The notes under the pieces are model-generated. The model saw nothing but the letters and a program-made list of their open reading frames with translations, ran no database searches and was not told the DNA's origin. From contig JAAYDU010000008.1 of NCBI GenBank assembly GCA_012729095.1, forward strand, positions 12,252 through 76,251: a DNA stretch of 64,000 nt. The letters are read 5' to 3'. The position numbers and the translations under genes are program-made. The DNA comes from Methanobacteriota archaeon. GTDB taxonomy: Archaea; Thermoplasmatota; Thermoplasmata; Methanomassiliicoccales; UBA472. Positions within the stretch are counted from its first letter, which is position 1. Every line of letters begins with the position of its first letter. Below are positions 44,984 through 54,242 of the stretch, piece by piece.

Positions 44984-47146
44984 TTACTGCAGCGTCCTGC
45001 GGGCCGCCTCCAGCAGTATACGCTGCTCGGCGGAGGCGATGGTGTTGATGGTGCTCAGCACCGTGTCGGGGTTCAGGCTTATGGTGTCTATTCCGGCCTT
45101 CACCAGGAACTCGGTGAACTCTGGGTAGACGGATGGGGCCTGCCCGCATATCCCAACGGTGCATCCCTTGCGGTGCGCCGCCTCGATGAGCATGTTTATG
45201 GCCCGCTTGATGGCCTCGTTCCTCTCGTCGAAGTAGCCCATCTTGCCCAGGATGTCAGAGTCGCGGTCCGCTCCCATGGTCAGCTGGGTCAGGTCGTTGG
45301 AGCCAATGCTGAACCCGTCGCACCACTCGGCGAACTCCTCGGCCATGAATATGTTGCAGGGTATCTCGGCCATCAGGTACAGCTTGAAGTCGCGGTTGCG
45401 CTCCAGTCCGACATCCTTCATCATGTTGGTGATCTTGCGAACCTCGTCTATGGTGCGGACGAAGGGCAGCATGACATGCAGGTTCTTCAGCCCCATCTCC
45501 TCGCGGACCTTCTTTATCGCCTTGAGCTCCAGCCTGAACGCCTCCCGGTAAGAGTCGGAGACGTAGCGGGAGCATCCGCGCCAGCCGATCATGGGGTTCT
45601 CCTCGTGCGGCTCGAACTTCTCCCCGCCTTCCATGTCCCGGTACTCGTTGGTCTTGAAATCGGATGTGCGCAGTATGACCGGGCGGGGATAGAACGCCTT
45701 GGCCACCATGGCGATACCGTCCGCCAGCTTATCGACCAGGAATTTCGATTCTCCTTTCTCGATGAGCGCGCATGGGTGCTCCTGTATGTAGGAAGTGAAA
45801 AGGAACTCGATGCGCATCAGTCCCACTCCAGACACGGGAAGCTTGGAGACGTCCTCGGCCTTCTGCGGGATGGCCAGGTTGACGTACACCTTGGTCCCGG
45901 TGACCGGGGTGGAGGCGTTAGCGACCACGACCGCCTTCTTTCCCTCTTCCTTGGGCGCGACCAATCCCTCATATACGATCCCCATGCCGCCATCGACGGT
46001 GATCTTATCGTCGTCCTTCAGAAGTTCGGTGGCGCTCGTGGCCCCGACTATGCAAGGGATGCCAAGTTCGCGCGCCACTATTGCAGCGTGACAGGTCATC
46101 CCTCCTTCGTCGGTAACTATGGCCGCGGCGCGGGTCATGGCCGGAACCATGTCCGGAGATGTCATGGCGGTGACCAGCACATCGCCCTTCTTGACCACCT
46201 CCAGGTTCATGTCCTCGGAGACTATGCGTACAGGGCCGCCTGCCACTCCGGGCGAGGCGCCCAGTCCCTTGACGATCACCTTGGAGCTTTGGGCAAGCCC
46301 GTGGTCCTGTGCCTTGCCGTTGGGCTTGGCGCCGTTTGACGACAGGGTGGTGACGGGGCGGGCCTGCACGATGTACATGATACGTTCCTCTACGCACCAC
46401 TCGATGTCCATCGGACGATCGTAATGGGCCTCTATGTTCCGGCCTATCTCCCCCAGTGCCAGGATCTGCTCGTCCGTCATCTTCTGCACGTTTCGCATTT
46501 CCTCGGGGACATCGGCCTTCTCGCATTCCCCATCCTTTCCGCGCACCAGCTTCCAGCTCTGCTTGGCTATCCTCTTGGTCAGTATCTTGTCGTGGAACTT
46601 GTCCACGACGTAAGTGTCGGGGGTGACCTTTCCCCCGACCAAGGCCTCTCCGAGACCGTAACCTGCCTCGATGATGATGTGGGGCAGTTCGGAGCTGGGG
46701 TCAACTGTGAACATGATCCCGGATATCTCGGAGTTGATCATCTTCTGGACAACGACTGCCAGCTTGACCTTGGAGTGCTCGAACCCCTTGGTCACACGGT
46801 AGTATATGGCGCGGGGAGTGAACAGGGAGGACCAGCACTTGCGGACCTTGTCCAGCAGCTCCTCGGTGCTCTCCACGTTAAGGAACGTGTCCTGCTGGCC
46901 GGCGAAGCTTGCCGTCGGAAGATCTTCCGCGGTGGCGCTGGAACGTACGGCCACCAGCCCCATCTTCTTGCCCTTGAACATGGCCTTGTGGGAGGCGAGT
47001 ATCTGCTCCTTTAGGTCCGCCGGGATCTCCACGGTCTCGAAGAGGTCCCTCACTTTGGCGGAGGCGTCCTGCAGGGACGCCTCTGAACTGGCATCCACCT
47101 TTGCCATCAGGTCCTTTATGCGGTCTCCGATATTGCTGTTCTCCAA
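44984..47146 (-). CDS. ppsA: Phosphoenolpyruvate synthase (pyruvate, water dikinase), main reading frame lacking its N-terminal ~50 codons
   Basis: RSSATAEDLPTASFAGQQDTF, phospho-His region TDEGGMTCHAAIVARELGIPC, and PEP-utiliser TIM barrel ending SIGSNDLTQ. The track ORF starts inside the ATP-grasp domain (ENSNIGDRI). Confidence 0.9.
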   Translation of the reverse strand: MENSNIGDRIKDLMAKVDASSEASLQDASAKVRDLFETVEIPADLKEQILASHKAMFKGKKMGLVAVRSSATAEDLPTASFAGQQDTFLNVESTEELLDKVRKCWSSLFTPRAIYYRVTKGFEHSKVKLAVVVQKMINSEISGIMFTVDPSSELPHIIIEAGYGLGEALVGGKVTPDTYVVDKFHDKILTKRIAKQSWKLVRGKDGECEKADVPEEMRNVQKMTDEQILALGEIGRNIEAHYDRPMDIEWCVEERIMYIVQARPVTTLSSNGAKPNGKAQDHGLAQSSKVIVKGLGASPGVAGGPVRIVSEDMNLEVVKKGDVLVTAMTSPDMVPAMTRAAAIVTDEGGMTCHAAIVARELGIPCIVGATSATELLKDDDKITVDGGMGIVYEGLVAPKEEGKKAVVVANASTPVTGTKVYVNLAIPQKAEDVSKLPVSGVGLMRIEFLFTSYIQEHPCALIEKGESKFLVDKLADGIAMVAKAFYPRPVILRTSDFKTNEYRDMEGGEKFEPHEENPMIGWRGCSRYVSDSYREAFRLELKAIKKVREEMGLKNLHVMLPFVRTIDEVRKITNMMKDVGLERNRDFKLYLMAEIPCNIFMAEEFAEWCDGFSIGSNDLTQLTMGADRDSDILGKMGYFDERNEAIKRAINMLIEAAHRKGCTVGICGQAPSVYPEFTEFLVKAGIDTISLNPDTVLSTINTIASAEQRILLEAARRTLQ

Positions 47147-47169
47147 GAAGTAATCGTACGCCGCGGTGG

Positions 47170-47292
47170 TCAGAACGAATCGGGAGGGACGTTGAAACCG
47201 GCCGTGACCAGTTCTCCCAAGTTAGCTCCCTTGCCACCGGCGATGTCAATGTCGCTCTTGCCTAGGTCAGATATGCTCACTATCCTTTTCAT
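47170..47292 (-). pseudogene. ppsA: Detached N-terminal fragment of ppsA (frame break at about 47168-47185)
   Basis: My own translation from ATG 47292 gives [40 protein letters not shown]. This is the canonical PpsA N-terminus ([15 protein letters not shown]). The main frame resumes as [19 protein letters not shown] one nucleotide out of register. Confidence 0.8.
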
Positions 47293-47730
47293 GGGTTGTT
47301 CCACCACTCTAAGAACGTTCGATGCAGGCAAGTTCACAGGGGCCGATGGCCCTTCAATGTCCTAACCCGGATGGAAAATAGGCGTGGAGTCTATTAATTT
47401 TTCTAAATGCTGAATGAGTCCTATCGTAATATTATCTAGTACTTTCGTACGTTCTTCACTGGAGCGCGTGATAGGCCAGTGCACCCTTCGCCTCACCGAC
47501 GCAGGCCGTAACTCATTGAAAGGGGTGCCCTAACGGGGATATTGGTGCCTTTTCATTTCAGATTCCTAAAGGAATTTATTACGGAATGAGAAGGTGTAGC
47601 AGGGTCGTTATCATATAATGCTTAATAAAATCGAAGATGAAGGCGATGATTTCGCAAGCTACGTTCGTAACTCGTAATTTCGAAGCTTTTATGCCGTTAA
47701 ATTACGTCTTTCGTAAACAATTTTCTGAAA

Positions 47731-47745
47731 TTTTTATATATAAAG
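47731..47745 (+). promoter_or_regulatory. TATA box of the por operon promoter
   Basis: TTTTTATATATAAAG lies 20-35 nt upstream of GTG 47765. GAGGT is 6 nt upstream of the alternative GTG 47780. Confidence 0.45.
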
Positions 47746-47764
47746 AGAATTTAGAGGGAATATC

Positions 47765-48337
47765 GTGCGAGGTATTGATGTGAGCACCATTGAGATCAGG
47801 TGGCATGGAAGGGGTGGCCAGGGAGCCGTCACCGCGAACGAGATTTTGGCCGGTGCAGCCCTGAAAGAGGGTAAGTTCATCAAGGCCTTCCCAGAGTTCG
47901 GGCCGGAGAGGATGGGAGCCCCCATCAGAGCCTTCGCCCGAATCTCGGACGAGCCCATAACCGTGCACAGCCAGGTGTATTATCCAGACATTGTCCTGAT
48001 AATAGACGCGACCCTCCTGAAAGGAGGTAAGGTCGTTGACGGGCTGAAGGACGATGGAGCGGTCATCGCCAACTATCCTGAGGACAACGAGCAGTTGGCT
48101 AAGGCCGTGGGGCGCAGCAACGTCCACGCCGTCAACGCCACCAAGATCGCGTTGGAGACGATAGGGAGGCCCATGACCAACACGGCGATGCTGGGCGCGC
48201 TGGTCCGGATCACCAACGTGGTGAGCCTTGAGTCGATAATGGAGGAGATGAGGATCAAGATGTCCGGAAAGCTCAGCAAGGAAGTGGTGGAGAAGAACCT
48301 GAAGGCCATACAGCGGGCCTATGAGGAGGTGCAGTGA
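47765..48337 (+). CDS. porG: Pyruvate:ferredoxin oxidoreductase gamma subunit
   Basis: IEIRWHGRGGQGAVTANEIL. GTG 47780 (MSTIEIRWHGRGGQG) is an equally plausible start. Confidence 0.9.
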   Translation: MRGIDVSTIEIRWHGRGGQGAVTANEILAGAALKEGKFIKAFPEFGPERMGAPIRAFARISDEPITVHSQVYYPDIVLIIDATLLKGGKVVDGLKDDGAVIANYPEDNEQLAKAVGRSNVHAVNATKIALETIGRPMTNTAMLGALVRITNVVSLESIMEEMRIKMSGKLSKEVVEKNLKAIQRAYEEVQ

Positions 48338-48618
48338 TGGCCAACGAAAAATCTAGCGAGCTTCCGCCGGGAGGGATTATCACCGATGCCGGCAGTTCCG
48401 AGAGATATCACACCGGGGAATGGCGCTCCCAGAGACCGGAGGTGGACAAGGACAAGTGCACGAACTGCCTGACCTGCTGGATATACTGCCCGGACAACAG
48501 CATAATAGTGGAGAACGAGAAAATGGTAGGGTTCAAGTACACCCATTGCAAGGGTTGCGGCATTTGCGCCAACCAGTGCCCTGCAAAGGCGATCACCATG
48601 AAGGAGGAGGGATTGTAA
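48334..48618 (+). CDS. porD: Pyruvate:ferredoxin oxidoreductase delta subunit (2x[4Fe-4S])
   Basis: CTNCLTCWIYCP and CKGCGICANQCP. Its ATG overlaps the porG stop. Confidence 0.9.
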   Translation: MMANEKSSELPPGGIITDAGSSERYHTGEWRSQRPEVDKDKCTNCLTCWIYCPDNSIIVENEKMVGFKYTHCKGCGICANQCPAKAITMKEEGL

Positions 48619-49781
48619 TGGGAGAGAAAATGGCGGTCAACGGGGACACGGCTATAGCCATGGCCTGGAAGCAGATCAACCCGGACGTGGTGGCGGCCTA
48701 CCCCATCACGCCCCAGACCATAATCGTCGAGGCCTTCTCGGACTACGTTCACGATGGGGAGGTTGACACCGAATACGTTTGCGCCGAATCCGAGCACAGC
48801 GCCCTGAGCATCTGCGTTGGTGCTTCGGCGGCCGGTTCCAGAGTGGCCACCGCTACGGCCTCCGCGGGGCTGGCTTTCATGTGGGAGATGCTGTACATCG
48901 CGGCGTCCATGAGGACCCCGATAGTCATGGCCATAGCCAACCGCACCCTGAGCGGCCCTATCAACATCCACTGCGACCACAGCGATGCCATGGGAGCGAG
49001 GGATTCCGGATGGGTACAGATATTCGGGGAGAACGTGCAGGAGGCCTATGACAACACCCTCATAGCCTTCCGCATAGCCGAGCACATGAAGGTTCGATTG
49101 CCGACCATGACCTGCATCGACGGATTCATCATCACTCACGCCTTGGAAAGGTTCGAGCCATTGGATGTCGAGACGGTCAGGAATTTCTTAGGCCCGTACC
49201 AGGCCGTCAGGCCGCTTCTGGACCTCAAGAACCCCACTACCTACGGGCCCATCGCCATGCCTGATTACTATTTCGAGATCAAGTACCAGCAGGCGGTGGC
49301 AATGGAGGAGGCCCTCAAGGTCACCAGAGACGTCATGGCCGAGTTCGCCGAGGTGTCCGGACGCAAGTACGACCTGGTGGACGGATACCAAGTGGACGAT
49401 GCGGAATACGTCATAGTGGCCATGGGCTCCACGGCAGGCACGCTGCGATACGTCGTGGACCAGATGAGGGCCGATGGAAAGAAGGTGGGAACGGTCAAGG
49501 TACGCCTGTTCCGCCCGTTCCCCATGGAGGACATGGCCAAATTGCTCAAGGGCAAGAAGGCCGTGGCCGTGATGGACCGCGCCATGAGCCCGGGAACCGG
49601 GGGCGCGCTGTACTCCGATGTGCTGCAGTCCCTGGTGGGAATGGACGATGCCCCCCTGGTGATAAACTACGTGTACGGGCTGGGGGGAAGGGACGTGATG
49701 CCCGGACAGCTGACCGGGGTTTTCGAGGACCTGATCAAAGGGAATGAGAACCGCATCAACTACATGGGGGTGAGGAAATGA
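48618..49781 (+). CDS. porA: Pyruvate:ferredoxin oxidoreductase alpha subunit
   Basis: MGEKMAVNGDTAIAMAWKQINPDVVAAYPITPQT. Start at ATG 48618 overlaps the porD TAA. The upstream part of the track ORF is out of frame over porD. Confidence 0.9.
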   Translation: MGEKMAVNGDTAIAMAWKQINPDVVAAYPITPQTIIVEAFSDYVHDGEVDTEYVCAESEHSALSICVGASAAGSRVATATASAGLAFMWEMLYIAASMRTPIVMAIANRTLSGPINIHCDHSDAMGARDSGWVQIFGENVQEAYDNTLIAFRIAEHMKVRLPTMTCIDGFIITHALERFEPLDVETVRNFLGPYQAVRPLLDLKNPTTYGPIAMPDYYFEIKYQQAVAMEEALKVTRDVMAEFAEVSGRKYDLVDGYQVDDAEYVIVAMGSTAGTLRYVVDQMRADGKKVGTVKVRLFRPFPMEDMAKLLKGKKAVAVMDRAMSPGTGGALYSDVLQSLVGMDDAPLVINYVYGLGGRDVMPGQLTGVFEDLIKGNENRINYMGVRK

Positions 49782-50716
49782 ACCTGAAGGAACTGACACA
49801 CAGCGAGGTGAGGATGTGCGAGGGGCACCGGCTCTGCGCCGGTTGCGCGGAACCTATCATCGCCCGCCAGGTGCTCATGGCCACCGACAAGCCGGTGATC
49901 GTCGCGAACGCCACCGGATGCTTCGAGGTGTCCACCACCATATACCCGTTCTCCTCCTGGAATGTGCCATGGATACACACCGCCTTCGAGAACGCCCCGG
50001 CCACCATGAGCGGGGTGGAGGCGGCGTACAAGTCGTTGAAGAGACAGGGCAAGCTGGACCAGGAGATCAAGTTCGTGGCCTTCGGAGGCGATGGCGCCAC
50101 GTACGATATCGGGTTCCAGTCCCTTTCCGGAGCTATCGAGAGGGGTCATGACTTCATGTACGTGTGCTTCAACAACGAGGCCTACATGAACACCGGCATC
50201 CAGAGGAGCGGCGCCACCCAGATGGGGGCGGCCACCACCACCTGCCCGGCCGGAAGCTGCATACCGGGAAAGAGGGAGTTCCCCAAGGACCTGACCAAGA
50301 TCGTCATCGCTCACGACCTGCCCTACGCCGCGCAGGCATCCCCGCACAACTGGAAGGACCTTATCAGCAAGGCCAAGAAGGGCTTCGACACCCCCGGTCC
50401 AGCCTTCCTGAACGTGATATCCCCGTGCCCCCGCGGCTGGAGGCATGATGGCTCGAAGACCATAGCCATATCCAAGCTTGCCGTGGAGACCTGCATCTGG
50501 CCTCTGTACGAGTTCGAGAACGGGAAGTGGAGCCTGACCGGGGAGTCGCTGCGCATAGCCGAGGGGACCAGGGAGAAGAGGCCGGTGTTGGACTGGCTGA
50601 ACTCCCAGGGCCGCTTCAAGCACCTGACCAAGGGGAAGTTCACCTCGGTGGCCGATGATATCCAGAAGAACATCGACGCCAAGTGGGAACAACTTCAGAA
50701 GCTATGCAAGATGTGA
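49778..50716 (+). CDS. porB: Pyruvate:ferredoxin oxidoreductase beta subunit (TPP-binding)
   Basis: CAGCAEPI and GGDGATYDIGFQSLSGA, the TPP motif. Confidence 0.9.
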   Translation: MNLKELTHSEVRMCEGHRLCAGCAEPIIARQVLMATDKPVIVANATGCFEVSTTIYPFSSWNVPWIHTAFENAPATMSGVEAAYKSLKRQGKLDQEIKFVAFGGDGATYDIGFQSLSGAIERGHDFMYVCFNNEAYMNTGIQRSGATQMGAATTTCPAGSCIPGKREFPKDLTKIVIAHDLPYAAQASPHNWKDLISKAKKGFDTPGPAFLNVISPCPRGWRHDGSKTIAISKLAVETCIWPLYEFENGKWSLTGESLRIAEGTREKRPVLDWLNSQGRFKHLTKGKFTSVADDIQKNIDAKWEQLQKLCKM

Positions 50717-50744
50717 GCGAAACCTTTTCCCTTTCCCTATTTTT

Positions 50745-51452
50745 TTAATCCTTATCCTGCGAGCTTACGCACTTTATCCCGAAGAAGCGCCCCATTGCCG
50801 CCTGCATGTCCTTCTTAGAGACAGCGTGGAAAGGATCACAGCCCTCGGGACTGTCCAGATAAACATAGTCGGGGCATATCTCCCGGCATATCTGAGAGAT
50901 GCCCTCAATGCCCGACAGGTTCTCCCGGACCAGGTTGACCTGCACACGGAAGGAGCCCCTGAAGCCCTTCCTTGCCTTCCTGATGCCGTCAAGGACATCC
51001 TGGAAATCCACTGAGGGATGCGGCCTGTTGACCGTTCTGAACATTTCCTCACTGGCGGCGTCCAGCTTGACGATGATGATGTCGAAGACGTCCAACTGGG
51101 ACAGTACCTCGGGATCACTGAGAAGCGTCCCGTTGGTGAACAGTGCCACCTTCTTCTCCGAACGCTCATGGATGGCCCTCGCCATGTCGAATATGTTCCG
51201 GGCGAGCAGGGGCTCTCCGGTCCCCTTGAAAATGACCGCCTCGCACTCCTCGCGGTGCATACACTCCCCCATCTGCTCGATGATAGAGGCCTCGTCAATG
51301 AAGTCGGCCCTCTCCAGAAGCACGATGCCGCCGCTCCCCAGGCGGCAATAGATGCAGTTCATGTTGCACACCTTGGGCGAACGGCTTATGGGATCCACTG
51401 CCACAACCTTTCCCAAGCCCAGGGACCTGATAGGCCCGTAAACGATCCTCAT
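50745..51452 (-). CDS. Radical SAM protein (small, function unassigned)
   Basis: CNMNCIYC (CxxxCxxC) near the N-terminus, and the GTGEPLL glycine-rich SAM motif. 235 aa. Confidence 0.7.
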   Translation of the reverse strand: MRIVYGPIRSLGLGKVVAVDPISRSPKVCNMNCIYCRLGSGGIVLLERADFIDEASIIEQMGECMHREECEAVIFKGTGEPLLARNIFDMARAIHERSEKKVALFTNGTLLSDPEVLSQLDVFDIIIVKLDAASEEMFRTVNRPHPSVDFQDVLDGIRKARKGFRGSFRVQVNLVRENLSGIEGISQICREICPDYVYLDSPEGCDPFHAVSKKDMQAAMGRFFGIKCVSSQDKD

Positions 51453-51503
51453 AATCTTTCTCGGTCGTCACTAGGGAAGGGTATAGGACATAAATGTTTG
51501 GGG

Positions 51504-51728
51504 TCAGTCCTGTTTGGTACTGTCCAAGAACTCGTTCCAGAGCTGGAGCGTTTCCCGGGCCTCCTCCTCGTCGACCTTCTGGATGGCGAACCCGGCGTGG
51601 ATGATCACGTACTCCCCCACCTCGGCCTTCACCATGGAAAGGTTGGTCTTCCTTATCGCACCACCGAAGTCCACCTCGGCCTCATCGCCCTTGATGGACA
51701 GTATCTTTGCTGGCATAGCTAGGCACAT
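51504..51728 (-). CDS. hypC: Hydrogenase maturation chaperone HypC/HupF
   Basis: MCLAMPAKI N-terminus (essential Cys2), and ..EYVIIHAGFAI. Start trimmed to ATG 51728. Confidence 0.8.
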   Translation of the reverse strand: MCLAMPAKILSIKGDEAEVDFGGAIRKTNLSMVKAEVGEYVIIHAGFAIQKVDEEEARETLQLWNEFLDSTKQD

Positions 51729-51733
51729 AACGA

Positions 51734-52102
51734 TCACCCGGACATTATCTTCAAAATGGCCTCGGCGGGCTGGCCGTCGCATTCCAGCAACGCCTGCACC
51801 GCCTTCTCCTGGGAGGCACCGGTCTGGGACATCACCAACTGTATGTCCTCCTCGGGGATCCCAGGAGCCTCCTCCTTGGGCGCCTGGCGATCACGGACCT
51901 CCGTCTCACCGGCCACCTGGTAGCTCTTCTGGCCCTGCATGGTTATGCAGGTGACCGCCGCGTCCTTTATGACGTACTCCTTATCGGCGGTCCTGATCAC
52001 GACCTCCTCCACGCCCTTCATCTCCTCCTGGGAGATGCCCATGCGCTTCATGGCCTGCTTCATCTGGCGCGGATTGACGCCCCTACCCATTCCTGGCATC
52101 AT
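51734..52102 (-). CDS. nac: Nascent polypeptide-associated complex protein (archaeal NAC with UBA domain)
   Basis: NPRQMKQAMKRMGI, a NAC beta-barrel segment, and C-terminal UBA-like DIQLVMSQTGASQEKAVQALLECDG. Confidence 0.85.
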   Translation of the reverse strand: MMPGMGRGVNPRQMKQAMKRMGISQEEMKGVEEVVIRTADKEYVIKDAAVTCITMQGQKSYQVAGETEVRDRQAPKEEAPGIPEEDIQLVMSQTGASQEKAVQALLECDGQPAEAILKIMSG

Positions 52103-52162
52103 CTGATCGCTCGACGGATTATTCCTGCCTGTATAAAAACAGTTGGGATTATTCAGCGCCTC

Positions 52163-52840
52163 TCAGAACAGTGTGGTCTGCTGCACCCGATGCGGCAGCA
52201 CCATGTCAGGATGGTCGGAACGGGAATCGTTCACCATGTCGGAGACGGGATAAGCATCGATGCAGGAGGATGGCAGCGGCTCGAAGATCTCCGACATGGA
52301 ATCGGCGGAAAGGACCTCTGTGGAGACCCACTCCCCCTCCCTTTCCTGGCGCAGGATCACCGGCATGCGGTCGTGTATCGGGGCCAGGGTATCGTTGGCG
52401 GCGGTGGTGAGTATGGAGAACGTTATCAGCTCCTTCCCCTCCCGGGACCAAGTGTCGTAAATGCCGGCCATGGCGAAGAACTCCTGCCCCCTCACCCTGA
52501 CATGAAAGGGACGCCGCCTACTTCCCTGCCTCTGCCACTCGTAGAACCCGGTGGCCGGGACCAGACACCTCTGGCGGTTCAGGAGGGGTTTGAACATGGG
52601 CTTCTCCAGGGCGGACTCGGAACGGACGTTTATGAGCTTGAGCCCGAACTCCTCTCCCTTGGCCCAGTGAGGGACCAGCCCCCATCTCATGCGCCTGATG
52701 CTCTTAGACCCTCCGCCCACGATAACCGGGACCTGCTGGAAGGGGGCGATGTTGTAGCGCGGCTTTATGCTGGGATCCTCGGGGACCCCGAAACGGGTCG
52801 AGAAGCCGTATACCAGGCCGAGGGAGAAGCGGCCACACAT
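52163..52840 (-). CDS. SRAP (SOS-response-associated peptidase, YedK/HMCES-like) abasic-site processing protein
   Basis: MCGRF N-terminus (catalytic Cys2), NIAP, RWGLVPHW, and the HDRMPVIL motif. Confidence 0.85.
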   Translation of the reverse strand: MCGRFSLGLVYGFSTRFGVPEDPSIKPRYNIAPFQQVPVIVGGGSKSIRRMRWGLVPHWAKGEEFGLKLINVRSESALEKPMFKPLLNRQRCLVPATGFYEWQRQGSRRRPFHVRVRGQEFFAMAGIYDTWSREGKELITFSILTTAANDTLAPIHDRMPVILRQEREGEWVSTEVLSADSMSEIFEPLPSSCIDAYPVSDMVNDSRSDHPDMVLPHRVQQTTLF

Positions 52841-52898
52841 GGTACATCATTGAACACGGAGGGGAAAAAGCTTTAGGAAGGGGTTTTTAGGGCCCGCG

Positions 52899-54242
52899 TC
52901 ACAGGACCCGGAGGTACCTCTGCAGCTCCCAGTCGGTGACGTGCGTGCGGTAGTCGTCCCACTCCAGGCGCTTTATGTGCAGGTAGTGATTGAAGATATG
53001 CTCGCCCATGGCCTCCTTCATCACCTTGCTCTCCGCGAGCACGTCGAGGGCCTTTCCCATATCCATGGGCAGGTCCACGATCCTGTTCCTGCGGCGCTCG
53101 TCGGGGGACATGTGGTATATGTCCTTCTCGATGGGATCGCCGGGGTCGAGCTTGTTCTTTATGCCGTCCAGACCGGCCGCGAGCATCACCGCGAACTGCA
53201 GGTAGGGGTTTCCGGCCGGATCGGGGTTTCTCTGCTCCACCCTGGTTCGCATTCCGCGGCCGGCGGGCACCCTCAACAGGGCGCTGCGGTTCATGTTGGC
53301 CCAGGAGATATAGCATGGCGCCTCATACCCCGGAACCAGCCTCTTGTAGGAGTTCACGTGCGATGCCAGCACAGCGCAGTTGGCCGGGGCGTGGGCCAGC
53401 AGTCCGCCCATGTAGTTCATGGCCATCTCGCTCAGGCCCCATTTGCCTTCGGGATCGTAGAAGGCGTTCTTGTCCTTGTTGGACAGGGACATGTGCACGT
53501 GCATGCCTGAACCGTTCTCCCCGTACAGCGGCTTGGGCATGAAGCTGGCATACAGGCCGTGCTTCATGGCTATGGACTTCACGCCGAACTTCAGCGTGAG
53601 CATGCGGTCCGCCATGGTCAAGGCGTCCTGGTAGCGCAGGTCTATCTCCAGCTGCCCGGGCGCCACCTCGTGATGGGAGGCCTCCATGTCATATCCCAGT
53701 TCATCGAATGCCAGGACCATCTCCTTCCTGGCGACCTCCCCCTTGTCCTGGGGCATGAGGTCGAAGTATCCGCCAGCGTCCGCGGGTATGGGCACGGGCA
53801 CACCGTTCTGCATGGGGAACATGAAGAACTCGAACTCCGGACCCACGTTGAAGTCGTAACCCATGTCCTTGACCTTCTCCACCATCTTCTCCAGGGCCCA
53901 GCGGGGATCCCCCTTGAAGCGGTTGTCGCTGTGATCGGATATGGTGCACATGAAGCGTGCGGTCTTGACCCCGGAATCTATCCAAGGGTAGATCTGAAAG
54001 GAATCCAGTATGGGTTTGGCCCTCATATCGGATTCCTCGATGGTCGCGTACCCCAATATCGAGGAGCCGTCAAGGAAGACGCCGTCGTCGATGACGCTTT
54101 CCACCCTGGTGGTGGGTATGGAGACGCTCTTCACCGTTCCCAGTATGTCCGAGAACTGCATCTCTATGAACTTGACGTTCTCCTTTTTCACCTTCTTTAA
54201 GATGTCCTGCTTCATCTCATCGAAGTTCTTGTCGGTAGGCAT
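52899..54242 (-). CDS. glnA: Glutamine synthetase type I
   Basis: VKFIEMQFSDILG, FDGSSI-type region, GSGMHVHMSL, and NPYL. Start trimmed to ATG 54242 (MPTDKNF). Confidence 0.9.
   Translation of the reverse strand: MPTDKNFDEMKQDILKKVKKENVKFIEMQFSDILGTVKSVSIPTTRVESVIDDGVFLDGSSILGYATIEESDMRAKPILDSFQIYPWIDSGVKTARFMCTISDHSDNRFKGDPRWALEKMVEKVKDMGYDFNVGPEFEFFMFPMQNGVPVPIPADAGGYFDLMPQDKGEVARKEMVLAFDELGYDMEASHHEVAPGQLEIDLRYQDALTMADRMLTLKFGVKSIAMKHGLYASFMPKPLYGENGSGMHVHMSLSNKDKNAFYDPEGKWGLSEMAMNYMGGLLAHAPANCAVLASHVNSYKRLVPGYEAPCYISWANMNRSALLRVPAGRGMRTRVEQRNPDPAGNPYLQFAVMLAAGLDGIKNKLDPGDPIEKDIYHMSPDERRRNRIVDLPMDMGKALDVLAESKVMKEAMGEHIFNHYLHIKRLEWDDYRTHVTDWELQRYLRVL

Noticed and set aside
44145-45164. 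339-aa minus-strand ORF overlapping the CBS-ParB gene.
   Set aside because: The plus-strand frame shows two CBS motifs and a ParB-like DGHHRA core. The minus-strand translation is His/Arg/Gly-rich with no recognisable domain.
47620-47730. Possible C/D-box sRNA (GATGA-like boxes near 47633-47650, CTGA at 47725).
   Set aside because: There is no proper RUGAUGA C box and no internal C'/D' pair. The box spacing (about 85 nt) is too long, and there is no terminal stem.
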